This document shows positions 38,455 to 48,179 of a stretch of 60,784 bases of DNA, in pieces (within the stretch, counting starts at the first letter, position 1; each line of letters opens with the position of its first letter). The translations under genes and the position numbers were made by a program. Under the pieces are notes generated by a model. That model ran no database searches. It saw nothing but the letters and a program-made list of their open reading frames with translations, and was not told the origin of the DNA. The stretch comes from Candidatus Micrarchaeota archaeon (GTDB taxonomy: Archaea; Micrarchaeota; Micrarchaeia; Norongarragalinales; SBBD01): assembly GCA_043803465.1 (NCBI GenBank), contig JAZDKC010000074.1, forward strand, positions 1 through 60,784, given 5' to 3'.

Positions 38455-38790
38455 CTAATGCTCCTTAGGATAGGTAAAGATGCCGGCAAAAAGCAGCACC
38501 AATGCGAGGATCCCGTCTATCAATGAGGTCAGCATATAGGAATTGCTCATGGCTGCAGCAGTCTTATCAATCAAAGCACGCGCATCAGCGGATGATTTGG
38601 CGATTTCAGCTTCGGTTTGGCCGTAGCTCCGGGCATACTCTTCTGACGCAACAATCTGCGCCTCTGCGATCGGCTTTGCGATCTCGGTTTGCGCGTTGCT
38701 TACGACCATCGAATTAAGCTGGTTCACGGTAAGCGCTGCAAATGCGACGCCCAGTAGAATCAATGCCATGCCAATTGCCTTCATGTTCAT
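38455..38790 (-). CDS. Small 2-TM membrane protein
   Basis: Hydrophobic N- and C-terminal helices. Confidence 0.7.
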   Translation of the reverse strand: MNMKAIGMALILLGVAFAALTVNQLNSMVVSNAQTEIAKPIAEAQIVASEEYARSYGQTEAEIAKSSADARALIDKTAAAMSNSYMLTSLIDGILALVLLFAGIFTYPKEH

Positions 38791-38834
38791 TCCATCCCCA
38801 CCTCGTTTATTACAAAACTCTCACAAATATATAA

Positions 38835-38906
38835 AGCCCCCGGCGAGGATTGCACTCGCGACCTTTCGCTTACAAGGCGAACGCTCTACTACTGAGCTAC
38901 GGAGGC
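38835..38906 (-). tRNA. tRNA-Thr(UGU), intronless, CCA not encoded
   Basis: GCCTCCGTAGCTCAGTAGTAGAGCG-TTCGC-CTTGTAA-GCGAA-AGGTC-GCGAG-TGCAATC-CTCGC-CGGGGGCT cloverleaf. Confidence 0.93.
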
Positions 38907-38953
38907 ACGGTTATTATGGGCAAAAGAATGAATAAAAAAGGATAAGAAGAGAA

Positions 38954-39799
38954 ATGGATTCCAATTATTACATAATTTATGCAAAAGAGCTGATTATTCT
39001 GAAAAAGCCAATAATTGTCATTATTCTGCTAATTGCCTGCGTTTTTGCCTTAGGCTGCCTCGAGTCAAGAACCGAAATGTCACCACCGTCGCCCTCGCCA
39101 ACAGGGGGGCTCTCGAAATGCGAGAGGATGCAGGATTTGAACGAGCGTTCCGCATGCCTGCTTGAGATGGCAAGCTTCAACGATGATCCGGGATTGTGCG
39201 CAAAAATGCCAATAATTTATACGGCAGATGACTGCTACGCGTATTTTGCAAACAAGAGGGGGGATGAGAATTTCTGCTACAATATCCAGGGCGATCTGAA
39301 AGCAGATTGCATATCGAAAATCGCGTTGGGAAAGCAGGATTTTGGCCTTTGCAGCGAAATTGAAGACGAGGGGAAAAATAAGGAATGCATGGAAGAAATC
39401 GGGAAATCGCAGCCGGATTTATGCGGCAAAATGCCTACAGCTGCGGAAAAGGATGATTGCATGTTCAAGGCGGCGACGCAAAACAACAGCACGGTGCTGT
39501 GCAACAGGATCCAGAACCCCGATGCAATATTTCGATGCCTGCTTTTCGTATCCCCCGGCGAAATCACAATGGATCTGTGCAACAAGACAACTAGCCCGGA
39601 TCCGAGAGTGGATTGCTACAAAAATAGGGGCATTTACGCGGGCGATTTCAGTGCGTGCATGATAATAAATGACTGGCTGGTGAAGGGCGAATGCCTCAAC
39701 CAGCTCGCAATCATGACGAAGAACGCGACCGTGTGCAAATCGCTTGATTCGGAAAAGAAAACGAATGCGTGCATTGAGGCAGTGAACAAGGCAGGATGA
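38954..39799 (+). CDS. Secreted/lipoprotein with ~25-aa Cys-pair repeats
   Basis: FALGC lipobox-like signal; repeated C..I......C....A....D...C; exact start uncertain. Confidence 0.75.
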   Translation: MDSNYYIIYAKELIILKKPIIVIILLIACVFALGCLESRTEMSPPSPSPTGGLSKCERMQDLNERSACLLEMASFNDDPGLCAKMPIIYTADDCYAYFANKRGDENFCYNIQGDLKADCISKIALGKQDFGLCSEIEDEGKNKECMEEIGKSQPDLCGKMPTAAEKDDCMFKAATQNNSTVLCNRIQNPDAIFRCLLFVSPGEITMDLCNKTTSPDPRVDCYKNRGIYAGDFSACMIINDWLVKGECLNQLAIMTKNATVCKSLDSEKKTNACIEAVNKAG

Positions 39800-39842
39800 T
39801 TGATTTCGGATTTATTAGAGATATTTAATTTTAGGAACCCTT

Positions 39843-39886
39843 GACACCTAGGGAATACGAATCCCCCATCGTGTCGCCTTGCCCCC
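39843..39886 (-). repeat. Hairpin element after the phosphoesterase stop
   Basis: GGGGGCAAGGCGACACGATGGGGGATTCGTATTCCCTAGGTGTC, followed by a copy of the gene 3' end (39815-39842). Confidence 0.9.
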
Positions 39887-39888
39887 TC

Positions 39889-40677
39889 TTAGAGATATTT
39901 TATCTTTGGAAACTCCTTGACGCCGCCTTCCTCATCGATCACTGTTGGAACGAATTCATCGATGTTGCAATCCTTTAGGATCGGCGACACCAGATCGTTG
40001 TCATAATGGCCGGAAACAAGGTCCGTGCCAGATGCAAGCGGGGATAAGGAGGGGAGTACCAGCAGCTCCTTCCGGTTGAATTCGCCCCTAAGCGCGCAAT
40101 TGTATTTATGGGGCACATTTATCTCATCGCGCAGCGAAACAGCGGGGTGCACATGCCCGATCACAAGGGTTTTGTATTCCTTGAATTCCGGAATATCGCC
40201 GTATTCCTCCAATTTCTTGTGCCCGTGGACGAATAACACGCCCTTTTCGAAAAAATAGTCGTGCATTTTCAGGTTCTGGTTGCGCAATATCTTTTGCACG
40301 TAATTGTCATGGTTTCCGCGCACCAAAATCAGCTCGATTTCCCGCTTCTTGAAAAAATTAAGCAATTGCAGCACTTCATCCCATTCCTGCTGCAGCGGCT
40401 TTGAGAATTCGTGCTTGAGATCGCCGTTGATCAGGACGCGTTTTGCCTTGGTTCCCTTGAGCATCGCCTCAAGCCGTTCAATAATTATCGGGAATTGGGG
40501 GGCAGGCACCTCGATGCCGATATTATGAAGCACCGCCTCATGCCCCATCTGAATGTCGGAAACCGCAAGCAGCCCAAGCTCTTCGAAATAAACCCCGCTT
40601 TCCTTGAGGACCTTGATTTTTGCACCTTCCCTTTTTTTGAAGAAATTATCGATTCGAGAGCGCATATCCATTTTCAA
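39889..40677 (-). CDS. Lhr-associated metallophosphoesterase
   Basis: SDIQMG, NGDLKH, RGNHD, VHGH, GHVHP; downstream of lhr. Confidence 0.88.
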   Translation of the reverse strand: MKMDMRSRIDNFFKKREGAKIKVLKESGVYFEELGLLAVSDIQMGHEAVLHNIGIEVPAPQFPIIIERLEAMLKGTKAKRVLINGDLKHEFSKPLQQEWDEVLQLLNFFKKREIELILVRGNHDNYVQKILRNQNLKMHDYFFEKGVLFVHGHKKLEEYGDIPEFKEYKTLVIGHVHPAVSLRDEINVPHKYNCALRGEFNRKELLVLPSLSPLASGTDLVSGHYDNDLVSPILKDCNIDEFVPTVIDEEGGVKEFPKIKYL

Positions 40678-40689
40678 CCCGAATTGCCA

Positions 40690-43317
40690 TTATTCATCCC
40701 TTATTTTGCCAATCCTTTTTAGCACCAATGTGTGCAGCTGCTCTAAAATTGCCTTCCTATCCGTAAGAAGGACCACATCCGAAATTCCCTGGGTGATCAG
40801 GAGCTGCGCGAATGGCGAGGGAAGGTCATATGAAGGAAGGACGGTCACTTGAAGCTCTCCATCCTTGAGCCATTTTTGCACGACCTGCGCGTTTTTCAGG
40901 TCCATGTGGTCCTCGAGGATTTCTCGGAAGGTTTCCGTTATAACAGGAAAATCGGGAAGCCGGCTAGAAATGCCAAGCATTATGTGCGCGCTCATCTGCT
41001 GCTTCCCAACAGAGCGCTTCCGCCCCAAATAGTTGCGCAAAATCATCAAAGACCTCACGGCAACATCGCGGAATTTGCGCTTAAGGGTTTCGGTTTGCTT
41101 GATTGCCTCTTTGGCCTCCTCTTCTAAATTGAGATTGGCAACCAGGAAGAGCTCCTTTTTGATCTCGACGTTGATCGCACGGCTCATTGTAAGCACGAAA
41201 CCGTTGTCATTTAAGGAGATGACTACATTGCGGTTGATGCGATGCGAAATCCTTGCGGCAAGCACTTTCGCAAGCACCTCGTTCACGCGCCTGCCGAACA
41301 ATGAATGGAAAATGAAATGCCTTTTCCCCTCGGAAAGGAACTCCTCGATAATGAGCTGCTTTTCAGAGTGGAAGGTATGGCTGCGCAAAAGGTTCAGGAA
41401 TGCCATCTGCTCGGCAAAATAATCGTAAATTACAATTGCCGCATCCTCATTGCAATGGCAGCTCTTTTGTATGAATGCGAGCGCTTCCACCCTGCTCTTG
41501 TTGCGCAGCATCTCGCCAAGTGTGCCACGGAACCTGCTGATTGCGGATGCAAGATCGAAGCTTAAGGGAAGCATCTCGGAAAACCATTGGGGTATCGTGG
41601 GCTTTTGGCCCTCGGCAAGCGAAACATACGCATTCATGCCTTTCGCATATTCATAGCCATAGGTTTTCCCTCCAAGGACGAATCGGTCGCCCTTGCGCAA
41701 TCGCTCAAGGAAATCCTCCTCAATGTTGCCTATGTGCCGTCCAAGCGGAAGAAGGAGGACGGAAATGGAAACCGAATCGGGGATGGTGCCGATATTGGTC
41801 GCATATAGCACGCGCAGCAATTTGCCGCGCCTTCCGAACTCCTGCGCAGTTTCATCATACCATATTTTGCCGTAAACGCGGTATTTTTCCAGGGAGGCGT
41901 AGCTGCCCGAAAGGAATAGGAGCACGCTCCTGAAATCCTTTTCAGCCAAATTGCGGTAACAATAGCTCTGCCTCACGAGCTTGAGTGCCTCTTCGAATTT
42001 CCATTGCCTCTCAACGGCCATGCCGATCACGTGCTGCGCAAGCACATCAAGGCAGTTCTGCGGTATCTGCACACGGTCGATGTGGCCCTTGTAGGCCTCC
42101 TGGAGCATCACACCCACCTCAACCAGGTCATCCCGGTCCAGCGCGATCATTTTGCTTTCGGAAATTTTGTAGATGTCATGCCCGCTCCTTCCAGTTCGCT
42201 GCAATGCGCGCGAAACGCTCTTGGGCGAGCCCATTTGGATCACGAGGTCTATGTAGCCGATATCGATTCCAAGTTCTAGGCTGGTGGAACTCACGACCAC
42301 TTTCAGCTCGCCGTTTTTGAGCTTTGTTTCCACACCCTTGCGCTCTTCCCTCGAGAGGGAAGAGTGATGCGCTTCAATGCGGTCGAGGTAATTTTTCGGG
42401 AAATATTCCTTCAGATGATGCACCAAGCGCTCGGTTCCGCTGCGGGTGTTGGTAAAAATGAGCGTGGTGCGGTGAAGCTGTATCAATGCATCGAGAATTT
42501 TGTAAGTGCGCCTTAGCATCTCATCCTGGGCGGTATGGATCAGGTCGGAAGATGGGGAGAGCAGCTCCAGTTTCATTTCCTTCGCATACTGCGCATTCAC
42601 AATTATGCAATCCTTTGGCTTGCCATCGCAATAGCCCGTGAGGAATTCCGAAATTTGATCAAGCGGCGCAATTGTCGCGGAGAGGCCGATGCGCGCGATT
42701 GGCAGCTCATTGAGGTTTTGCAGCCGTTCCAATGAGAGCGAAAGGTGCACGCCGCGCTTTCCGCTTGCGAGTTCGTGTATTTCATCCACAATCACCCATT
42801 TGACCCATTTGAAATTCTCTATGAATTTCGGGGCGGAGAGGATTATCGCAAGGGATTCCGGCGTTGTGATCAGGATGTGGGGGGGGTTGCGGGCCATTCT
42901 TGCCCTTTCCGAGGGGGTGGTGTCGCCGGAGCGCATTGCAACCCGGATGTGGTGCTCCTTTCCGCTTTTTTTCCTGCGGATCCCCTCAATTTCGGAAAGC
43001 GGGCCATTGAGGTTCTTTTCAATATCAGCTGCGAGGGCGCGCAGGGGGGACACATAGATGCAATAAATCCGGTCCTCGAGGTTCCCCTTTTCCGCGAGCC
43101 CGACCAGCTCGTTGATGATGCTCAGGAATGCCGTTAGCGTCTTTCCCGAACCGGTTGGGGCGGAGATCAAGACATTCCTGCCCTCGTGGATCAATTTGAT
43201 TCCGTATTTTTGGGGCATCGTAAGTTCTTTGAAATTCGAGAACCACTCCCGCACATTGGGGTTCAGGATGGAGAGCACTTCTTCTTTGGTATTTTCCTTT
43301 GACGCATACTCGGCCAT
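40690..43317 (-). CDS. lhr: Lhr-like SF2 helicase
   Basis: APTGSGKT, DEIH, GLSAT, AHHSSL, SLELGID, QRTGRSGH, IGTIPD. Confidence 0.93.
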   Translation of the reverse strand: MAEYASKENTKEEVLSILNPNVREWFSNFKELTMPQKYGIKLIHEGRNVLISAPTGSGKTLTAFLSIINELVGLAEKGNLEDRIYCIYVSPLRALAADIEKNLNGPLSEIEGIRRKKSGKEHHIRVAMRSGDTTPSERARMARNPPHILITTPESLAIILSAPKFIENFKWVKWVIVDEIHELASGKRGVHLSLSLERLQNLNELPIARIGLSATIAPLDQISEFLTGYCDGKPKDCIIVNAQYAKEMKLELLSPSSDLIHTAQDEMLRRTYKILDALIQLHRTTLIFTNTRSGTERLVHHLKEYFPKNYLDRIEAHHSSLSREERKGVETKLKNGELKVVVSSTSLELGIDIGYIDLVIQMGSPKSVSRALQRTGRSGHDIYKISESKMIALDRDDLVEVGVMLQEAYKGHIDRVQIPQNCLDVLAQHVIGMAVERQWKFEEALKLVRQSYCYRNLAEKDFRSVLLFLSGSYASLEKYRVYGKIWYDETAQEFGRRGKLLRVLYATNIGTIPDSVSISVLLLPLGRHIGNIEEDFLERLRKGDRFVLGGKTYGYEYAKGMNAYVSLAEGQKPTIPQWFSEMLPLSFDLASAISRFRGTLGEMLRNKSRVEALAFIQKSCHCNEDAAIVIYDYFAEQMAFLNLLRSHTFHSEKQLIIEEFLSEGKRHFIFHSLFGRRVNEVLAKVLAARISHRINRNVVISLNDNGFVLTMSRAINVEIKKELFLVANLNLEEEAKEAIKQTETLKRKFRDVAVRSLMILRNYLGRKRSVGKQQMSAHIMLGISSRLPDFPVITETFREILEDHMDLKNAQVVQKWLKDGELQVTVLPSYDLPSPFAQLLITQGISDVVLLTDRKAILEQLHTLVLKRIGKIRDE

Positions 43318-43408
43318 AAGGCTCAGCTTTGATGGGCAAAAACAGCGGGGTAGGTTTGTGGCTTATCAGTAATATATTACTTCTGTTTAATCCCGCCATA
43401 TGGAAGGA

Positions 43409-44878
43409 CTAATGCTGCTTCCGCGCTTTTTCATCATCGTCCTTCTCAAGGATCATTTCAGCGTAGTATTTGCGCATGAACAGGTTCACATCCTCAATTT
43501 TCGTGACCTTGTTCTCGACCAGGTAGGAAAGCATTTTCCGTCTTTGCGCAATCTCGGCGGTCACCTCACTTGGCGACCTGGCGGTCACGCGCGCGAGCTT
43601 TTCAAGTGATTGCGAGGGCAGGTTGGTTTTTTCCGGTGCGAGATGCTCGTAGTTGAACCTGTAAAGCTCATTTTGCGTGACCACATTGTCGAGCCAGTCA
43701 AGCTCTGCAATCTGGGTCACCCGCCTCACAAGGCCGTCCTTCTTTGTGTAAATCCTATGCTGCACCAAAACTATATCAACAAGCGGGATCAGGTTTGGCG
43801 GCACATTCATCGGGAAGTTCTCAAGCCGCTGGATCGTATCCTTCGCATCCTGGGCATGCAATGTGGCAAGCATGCCGCGGGAGCCGATATTCATGGCGGT
43901 AAATAATGGATGCGCTTCACTGCCCCGAACCTCCCCGATGATCAGGCGGTCGGGCCGCATACGAAGCGAATTCTTCACAAGCCCTTCCAGATCCACATGC
44001 TCCGTGGTTTTTGTGGCAACCCAGTTTTCCATCCCATACAGGCTGATTTCCCTAGTATCCTCCATGCTCACGATCCTTTCGGAGGGGGGGATGAAGCTGC
44101 TTAGGGCATTGATCGTGGTGGTTTTGCCGCTTGCGGTTTCACCCACAATCAACAGGTTCATGGGATGGAGCCGGAAGCCTTCGATCATGACCCAAAGGAA
44201 TGCGGCGATGTCCAGGTTCATGGTGCCGTTTATTATCAAATCGATCACGGTCATGGGCTGCTGCTTGAATTTACGGATTGTCAATGTGACCTGATCAACT
44301 GCCGGCGGGAAGAGCACATTCGCACGGCTGCCATCCGGCATCCGGATGTCTTCGGTTGTCCTGCGCTCATCCGGGAGGATTTGCTGGAGCAATTCGAGCA
44401 TGTGCTTCTCATCCCGAAATTTCAGGTTGGTTTTGCACATCCCCACTTTCCTGTGGAAAACGTAAATATCGTACGGGCCGTTGACCATTATTTCCTCGAG
44501 CTCATCATCCTCGAATAAAGGCTCAAGCAGGGCAATCCCAAACATCCGGGAAATCAGCTGCTGCACCATCAGCTTCTGCGAGACCGGATCCGGGAGCACC
44601 TGCGAAAAAAGCACAATCAGCTGCTCGCGCATCTTCCTGCGTTCCTCCGTCGGCAACGGCTTGCCGATTATGCCTTGATCAAAGCCGGATAGGAATTCCT
44701 TGAAGAAGCGCTCCTTTTCCTCGAGCTTGTAGGTGCGGCTGAAATCCTTCAATTGGGTTTTTTGCGAGATCAGCTTGATGAAGTCATTCATGATGTATTC
44801 GAGATCCGCCGAGAGCGGCTTCTCCTCGATGACGTAATTGGAAAAAGGGTAGTCAATTTCAACGCGCGCTTCGTACAT
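43409..44878 (-). CDS. TadA/CpaF/VirB11-family secretion ATPase
   Basis: EEIMVNG, GETASGKTT, EDTRE, LRMRPDRLIIGEVRG; true start likely ATG 44878. Confidence 0.9.
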   Translation of the reverse strand: MYEARVEIDYPFSNYVIEEKPLSADLEYIMNDFIKLISQKTQLKDFSRTYKLEEKERFFKEFLSGFDQGIIGKPLPTEERRKMREQLIVLFSQVLPDPVSQKLMVQQLISRMFGIALLEPLFEDDELEEIMVNGPYDIYVFHRKVGMCKTNLKFRDEKHMLELLQQILPDERRTTEDIRMPDGSRANVLFPPAVDQVTLTIRKFKQQPMTVIDLIINGTMNLDIAAFLWVMIEGFRLHPMNLLIVGETASGKTTTINALSSFIPPSERIVSMEDTREISLYGMENWVATKTTEHVDLEGLVKNSLRMRPDRLIIGEVRGSEAHPLFTAMNIGSRGMLATLHAQDAKDTIQRLENFPMNVPPNLIPLVDIVLVQHRIYTKKDGLVRRVTQIAELDWLDNVVTQNELYRFNYEHLAPEKTNLPSQSLEKLARVTARSPSEVTAEIAQRRKMLSYLVENKVTKIEDVNLFMRKYYAEMILEKDDDEKARKQH

Positions 44879-44912
44879 GAATTGAATAAGCAGAAGTGGT
44901 TTAAAAAAGTGA

Positions 44913-45168
44913 GCAACGCCTCCGGGGGACCGGTTGCCCCTACTCGTGTTGCCCCTACCCCTTCTGATTTTGAATACCTTTATAACCGGCAACTCCCAAA
45001 ACAATAACGCAGTCTTCCAGATAGCCGGGGAGCTAAGGGATTCGACACCCACAGGGGAATGGCTTCCCCTCCACGTGTCGCCGCCACCCCTTCCGATTTT
45101 GAATACATTTATAACCGGCAACTCCCAAAACAATAACGCAGTCTTCCAGATAGCCGGGGAGCTAAGGG
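44913..45168 (-). repeat. 129-bp period duplication: two hairpin elements (44913-44961, 45044-45090) plus a duplicated SRP promoter/5' end
   Basis: 83-bp repeats at 44957-45039 and 45086-45168, 2 mismatches. Confidence 0.92.
45108..45114 (+). promoter_or_regulatory. TATA box of the SRP RNA gene (duplicated at 44979)
   Basis: TTTATAA ~24 nt upstream of the predicted RNA 5' end. Confidence 0.7.
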
Positions 45169-45416
45169 TTCCTTACAATCGCCAATCCCTTTGAGGCGAG
45201 TGAAAGCTGCGGGAAGGGTGGGAAGCGTTTCTTCAGCCCGTTGCGGTGCCGTCGAAGCGTTGCCTTGCGTTATGCGTTTACCTGTGAATGAGCCAGGCCG
45301 GAAGGAGCAACTATAAACGGACAAATGCATGCTCGCAAGACACAACGTGGAGGCGCCGGAGCGGACTTAGCTGAAGGGAAATTTCCAATTCGACCCGCTG
45401 CGCGCTGGGGGGCTGC
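45138..45416 (+). ncRNA. ffs: Archaeal SRP (7S) RNA
   Basis: Helix-8 motif CCAGGCCGGAAGGAGCA; Alu-like GCCGGGGAGCTAAGGGTTCCTTACAA; terminal helix GCAGTCTTCCAG/CTGGGGGGCTGC; ~280 nt. Confidence 0.88.
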
Positions 45417-45521
45417 ACTCACTAACACTGCGGAGAAGGTGTATCCCAAGTCGCGTTACCTTCATCCCTGCCTACATCTGCGAACCGGATATGCTTTAAT
45501 TCTTATTATCTGAATAATCCT

Positions 45522-46238
45522 ATGCAGTCATTGCCCGCGCCCTACCAGACATTCAGGCATTATCAATTGCCTCCGATTGCAAGGGAGCTCTATACCGAAA
45601 TATCCAGGCTATCAAAAATCCCCATCGTGCGTTTGACTCCGATGAACCTCCATCCTACGAGGGAAAACCAGTATGAGGTAAAGGCCCATACCGTTGCATT
45701 TCAAAAGGGGGTGAACGAATCCTTCCTGAGGCATGAGCTGATACATTCCGTATTGTTCCTAGCAAACGATATGCATATGCGCGAGTCTATGGGCGAGCTT
45801 CCGACCTTGGGTTTCATTGAGCCGATCGCGCAGATATTCCATCCTCCAAGCAGGAGAATTACGGACGACTATTACAGCGAGATCCAGTTCCCCAACGAGC
45901 ACCCCGTAAAATTCGATGAGAAGCTTTCGAAAGCGCAATTTCGCGTTCATTCTAAACGGATTTCCCTTGTTTCGAATTTCTATTTGAGGCGGGGACCGCA
46001 AGCGTTCCTACTATTAATGACCCGTCCGATAACCGAGATTATGGCCCTTCAGTCGTGGGAGGAAAGGATGATTAGGGGAGCGCTGCTTCCAAAGAAAGCA
46101 TGGGGAATAACAAAAAAAGGCCACGAAGCGCTTAGGCGGGTATTTTCGAAGGAAAGGTTGGCACGGAGGTTGAAATCAATCGAAATGGTCAGGGAAATGG
46201 AAGACACCGGCACGAAATATATAAAAGGGCCCGCATAA
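45522..46238 (+). CDS. Orphan protein with an HExxH motif (putative Zn peptidase)
   Basis: FLRHELIHSV with downstream Glu (GFIEP). Confidence 0.55.
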   Translation: MQSLPAPYQTFRHYQLPPIARELYTEISRLSKIPIVRLTPMNLHPTRENQYEVKAHTVAFQKGVNESFLRHELIHSVLFLANDMHMRESMGELPTLGFIEPIAQIFHPPSRRITDDYYSEIQFPNEHPVKFDEKLSKAQFRVHSKRISLVSNFYLRRGPQAFLLLMTRPITEIMALQSWEERMIRGALLPKKAWGITKKGHEALRRVFSKERLARRLKSIEMVREMEDTGTKYIKGPA

Positions 46239-46302
46239 AATTCAAGAAGCTTAAAAAATTCACAACTCCTAGCATTTTCAACTTAGTACTTGAGGGATAA
46301 AC

Positions 46303-47217
46303 ATGGTCAGGCATCTAATAGGAATGGGCGATCTTTCGCCGCAGGAAGTCGGGAAAATCATCGACAAGGCGATCGAGCTCAAGAAAAACAAGGAGAAGTA
46401 TTATCACGAACTCGATCATAAGAGCCTGGTGATGCTTTTCGAGAAAACCTCAACGAGAACAAGGCTTTCATTTGAAATAGGAATGACGCAGCTTGGAGGG
46501 CACGCGGTCAATTTCACCGGTTCGCAGCTTTCTGCCGGGAAGGAGGATATCGCGGATACGGCAAGGACTATGGCCGCTTACGCGGACATCGTGATGGCGA
46601 GGGTGTACAAGCATAAAACTGTGGAGGACCTGGCCAAATTTTCAAAAGTGCCGATCATAAATGCCCTATCCGAAATAGAGCACCCTTGCCAGGCGCTTGC
46701 GGATATCATGACGGTAAAGGAAACCAAGGGCTGGAAAAACGTGAAGGTCGCACATGTGGGCGACGGCAATAACGTATGCAATTCGCTTATGCTCGCATGC
46801 GCGATGGTCGGAATTGATTTCTCGACCGCAACCCCGGAGAAATATCCTCCGAATCCAGAACTTGTGAAGAAAGCGGAAGAATATGCGAAAATATCCGGCA
46901 GTAAAATCGAAATCTCCAATTCCCCCCAAGCATCCGTGAAGGACGCGGATGTGGTTTACACCGATGTCTGGGTTTCGATGGGGGAGGAGGGCATGAAGGA
47001 CGAGAAAATGGGGGAGTTCGAGGGATTTCAGGTGAATGCGCAGCTGATGGAACTCGCTAAAACGGATGCGGCGTTCATGCACGATATGCCGGCGAACAAG
47101 GGAATCGAAGTGACGCGGGAGGTCTTCGAAGGGAAGCAGTCGGTCGTGTTCCAGCAGGCGGAGAACCGGATGCATGCGCAGAAGGCGCTGATGTTGTTCC
47201 TGCTAGGAAAAATTTGA
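46303..47217 (+). CDS. argF: Ornithine carbamoyltransferase
   Basis: FEKTSTRTRLSF, HPCQALAD, GDGNNV, YTDVWVSMG, QAENRMH. Confidence 0.95.
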   Translation: MVRHLIGMGDLSPQEVGKIIDKAIELKKNKEKYYHELDHKSLVMLFEKTSTRTRLSFEIGMTQLGGHAVNFTGSQLSAGKEDIADTARTMAAYADIVMARVYKHKTVEDLAKFSKVPIINALSEIEHPCQALADIMTVKETKGWKNVKVAHVGDGNNVCNSLMLACAMVGIDFSTATPEKYPPNPELVKKAEEYAKISGSKIEISNSPQASVKDADVVYTDVWVSMGEEGMKDEKMGEFEGFQVNAQLMELAKTDAAFMHDMPANKGIEVTREVFEGKQSVVFQQAENRMHAQKALMLFLLGKI

Positions 47218-47233
47218 CTTTTTTTCGCGGTGT

Positions 47234-48163
47234 TCAGCCCAGTTTGGTCACGATGAAAGCGGAGGGGTAGTGATTATCCCTGCGAAAAAGGGGGTCCTTG
47301 GACCGAATGACCTTGGCCCGGGCTATATGGACCTTTCCTGTTTTCATCAATATCTTCAGCTGGGGAATCAGGAATTCTTCGTTGCGTGAGAAGAATACCA
47401 GTTTTCCGCCTTTTTTAAGCAATTCAAGGTAGTGTTTTACCGAGTCTTGCAGTTTATTCTGGGCGGTTAAATAGTCGTGGGTGCCCTTGTCAACAAGCAG
47501 GTCTACGGTCCCGGGTTTGATGCCGGTATCCCATGCAAGCCCTATTTGGAAGCGGACGTTGTTTTTCTTGCCCGCATGAGTAAAGCCGCGCAATAAATCG
47601 CGAATGCTATCCCGGTATTGCTTTAAACTTCCTATCCCCAAAGGCGATTCAGCCCGAGCAACCCTCCACTTCGGGCGATGCGGCAAAAACCCGAGATCTT
47701 GACGTCCACTCACCATTTTGCCATTAATTTTATTAGTAAAATTGCCTATGCTGATCAGGCGCCCATACAGAGAATGCAGGCCTGTTGGGGTGGCACGGGC
47801 GTCCTTCCTGCCCTTATTAGACTTCGCGGCATCTTGACGCTTCAAATTCCGTATCTCCTCAGCGAGCAATTTCTTCAACGCCTCCTCAATAGATAACCGG
47901 ATGCCCTGAGGTTCTACGACAGTCAGGTTTCGACTCCTCACTTCCTGCGCAATAAAGAACGGCAATGGGTCCTTCCAAACATGTGCGCCGGAGCCCACGT
48001 ATACGACTTTTGACCGCCAGGCAAGGAGTCCTTTGAGAATATCGAGCAGGGGCATGTCGCGGTCCTCATGCACCCAGCCGGGTTTGAGGGGGTTGCTTTC
48101 AGCGTACTTCCTGCGCAGCTCCGCTTTGTCCGCTAAAGGGCTCCTTTCGCTTCGCTTGTTCAT
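47234..48163 (-). CDS. Basic orphan with a putative class I SAM methyltransferase fold
   Basis: VVYVGSG motif I; VDLLVDKGTHDYL; LLKKGGKLV. Confidence 0.55.
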   Translation of the reverse strand: MNKRSERSPLADKAELRRKYAESNPLKPGWVHEDRDMPLLDILKGLLAWRSKVVYVGSGAHVWKDPLPFFIAQEVRSRNLTVVEPQGIRLSIEEALKKLLAEEIRNLKRQDAAKSNKGRKDARATPTGLHSLYGRLISIGNFTNKINGKMVSGRQDLGFLPHRPKWRVARAESPLGIGSLKQYRDSIRDLLRGFTHAGKKNNVRFQIGLAWDTGIKPGTVDLLVDKGTHDYLTAQNKLQDSVKHYLELLKKGGKLVFFSRNEEFLIPQLKILMKTGKVHIARAKVIRSKDPLFRRDNHYPSAFIVTKLG

Positions 48164-48179
48164 TGGGCATACCTGCTGA

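Noticed and set aside
38835-38906. Integrated element at tRNA-Thr
   Set aside because: No integrase and no duplicated tRNA 3' end noticed in the window.
39815-39921. Diversity-generating retroelement TR/VR pair
   Set aside because: Differences are not adenine-specific, repeats are too short, and no RT is present.
44879-45133. 85-aa N-terminal extension of the secretion ATPase
   Set aside because: It is just the translated non-coding duplication; ATG 44878 is the likelier start.
45138-45416. RNase P RNA
   Set aside because: No GAGGAAAGUCC-type motif; the SRP helix-8 and Alu motifs fit instead.
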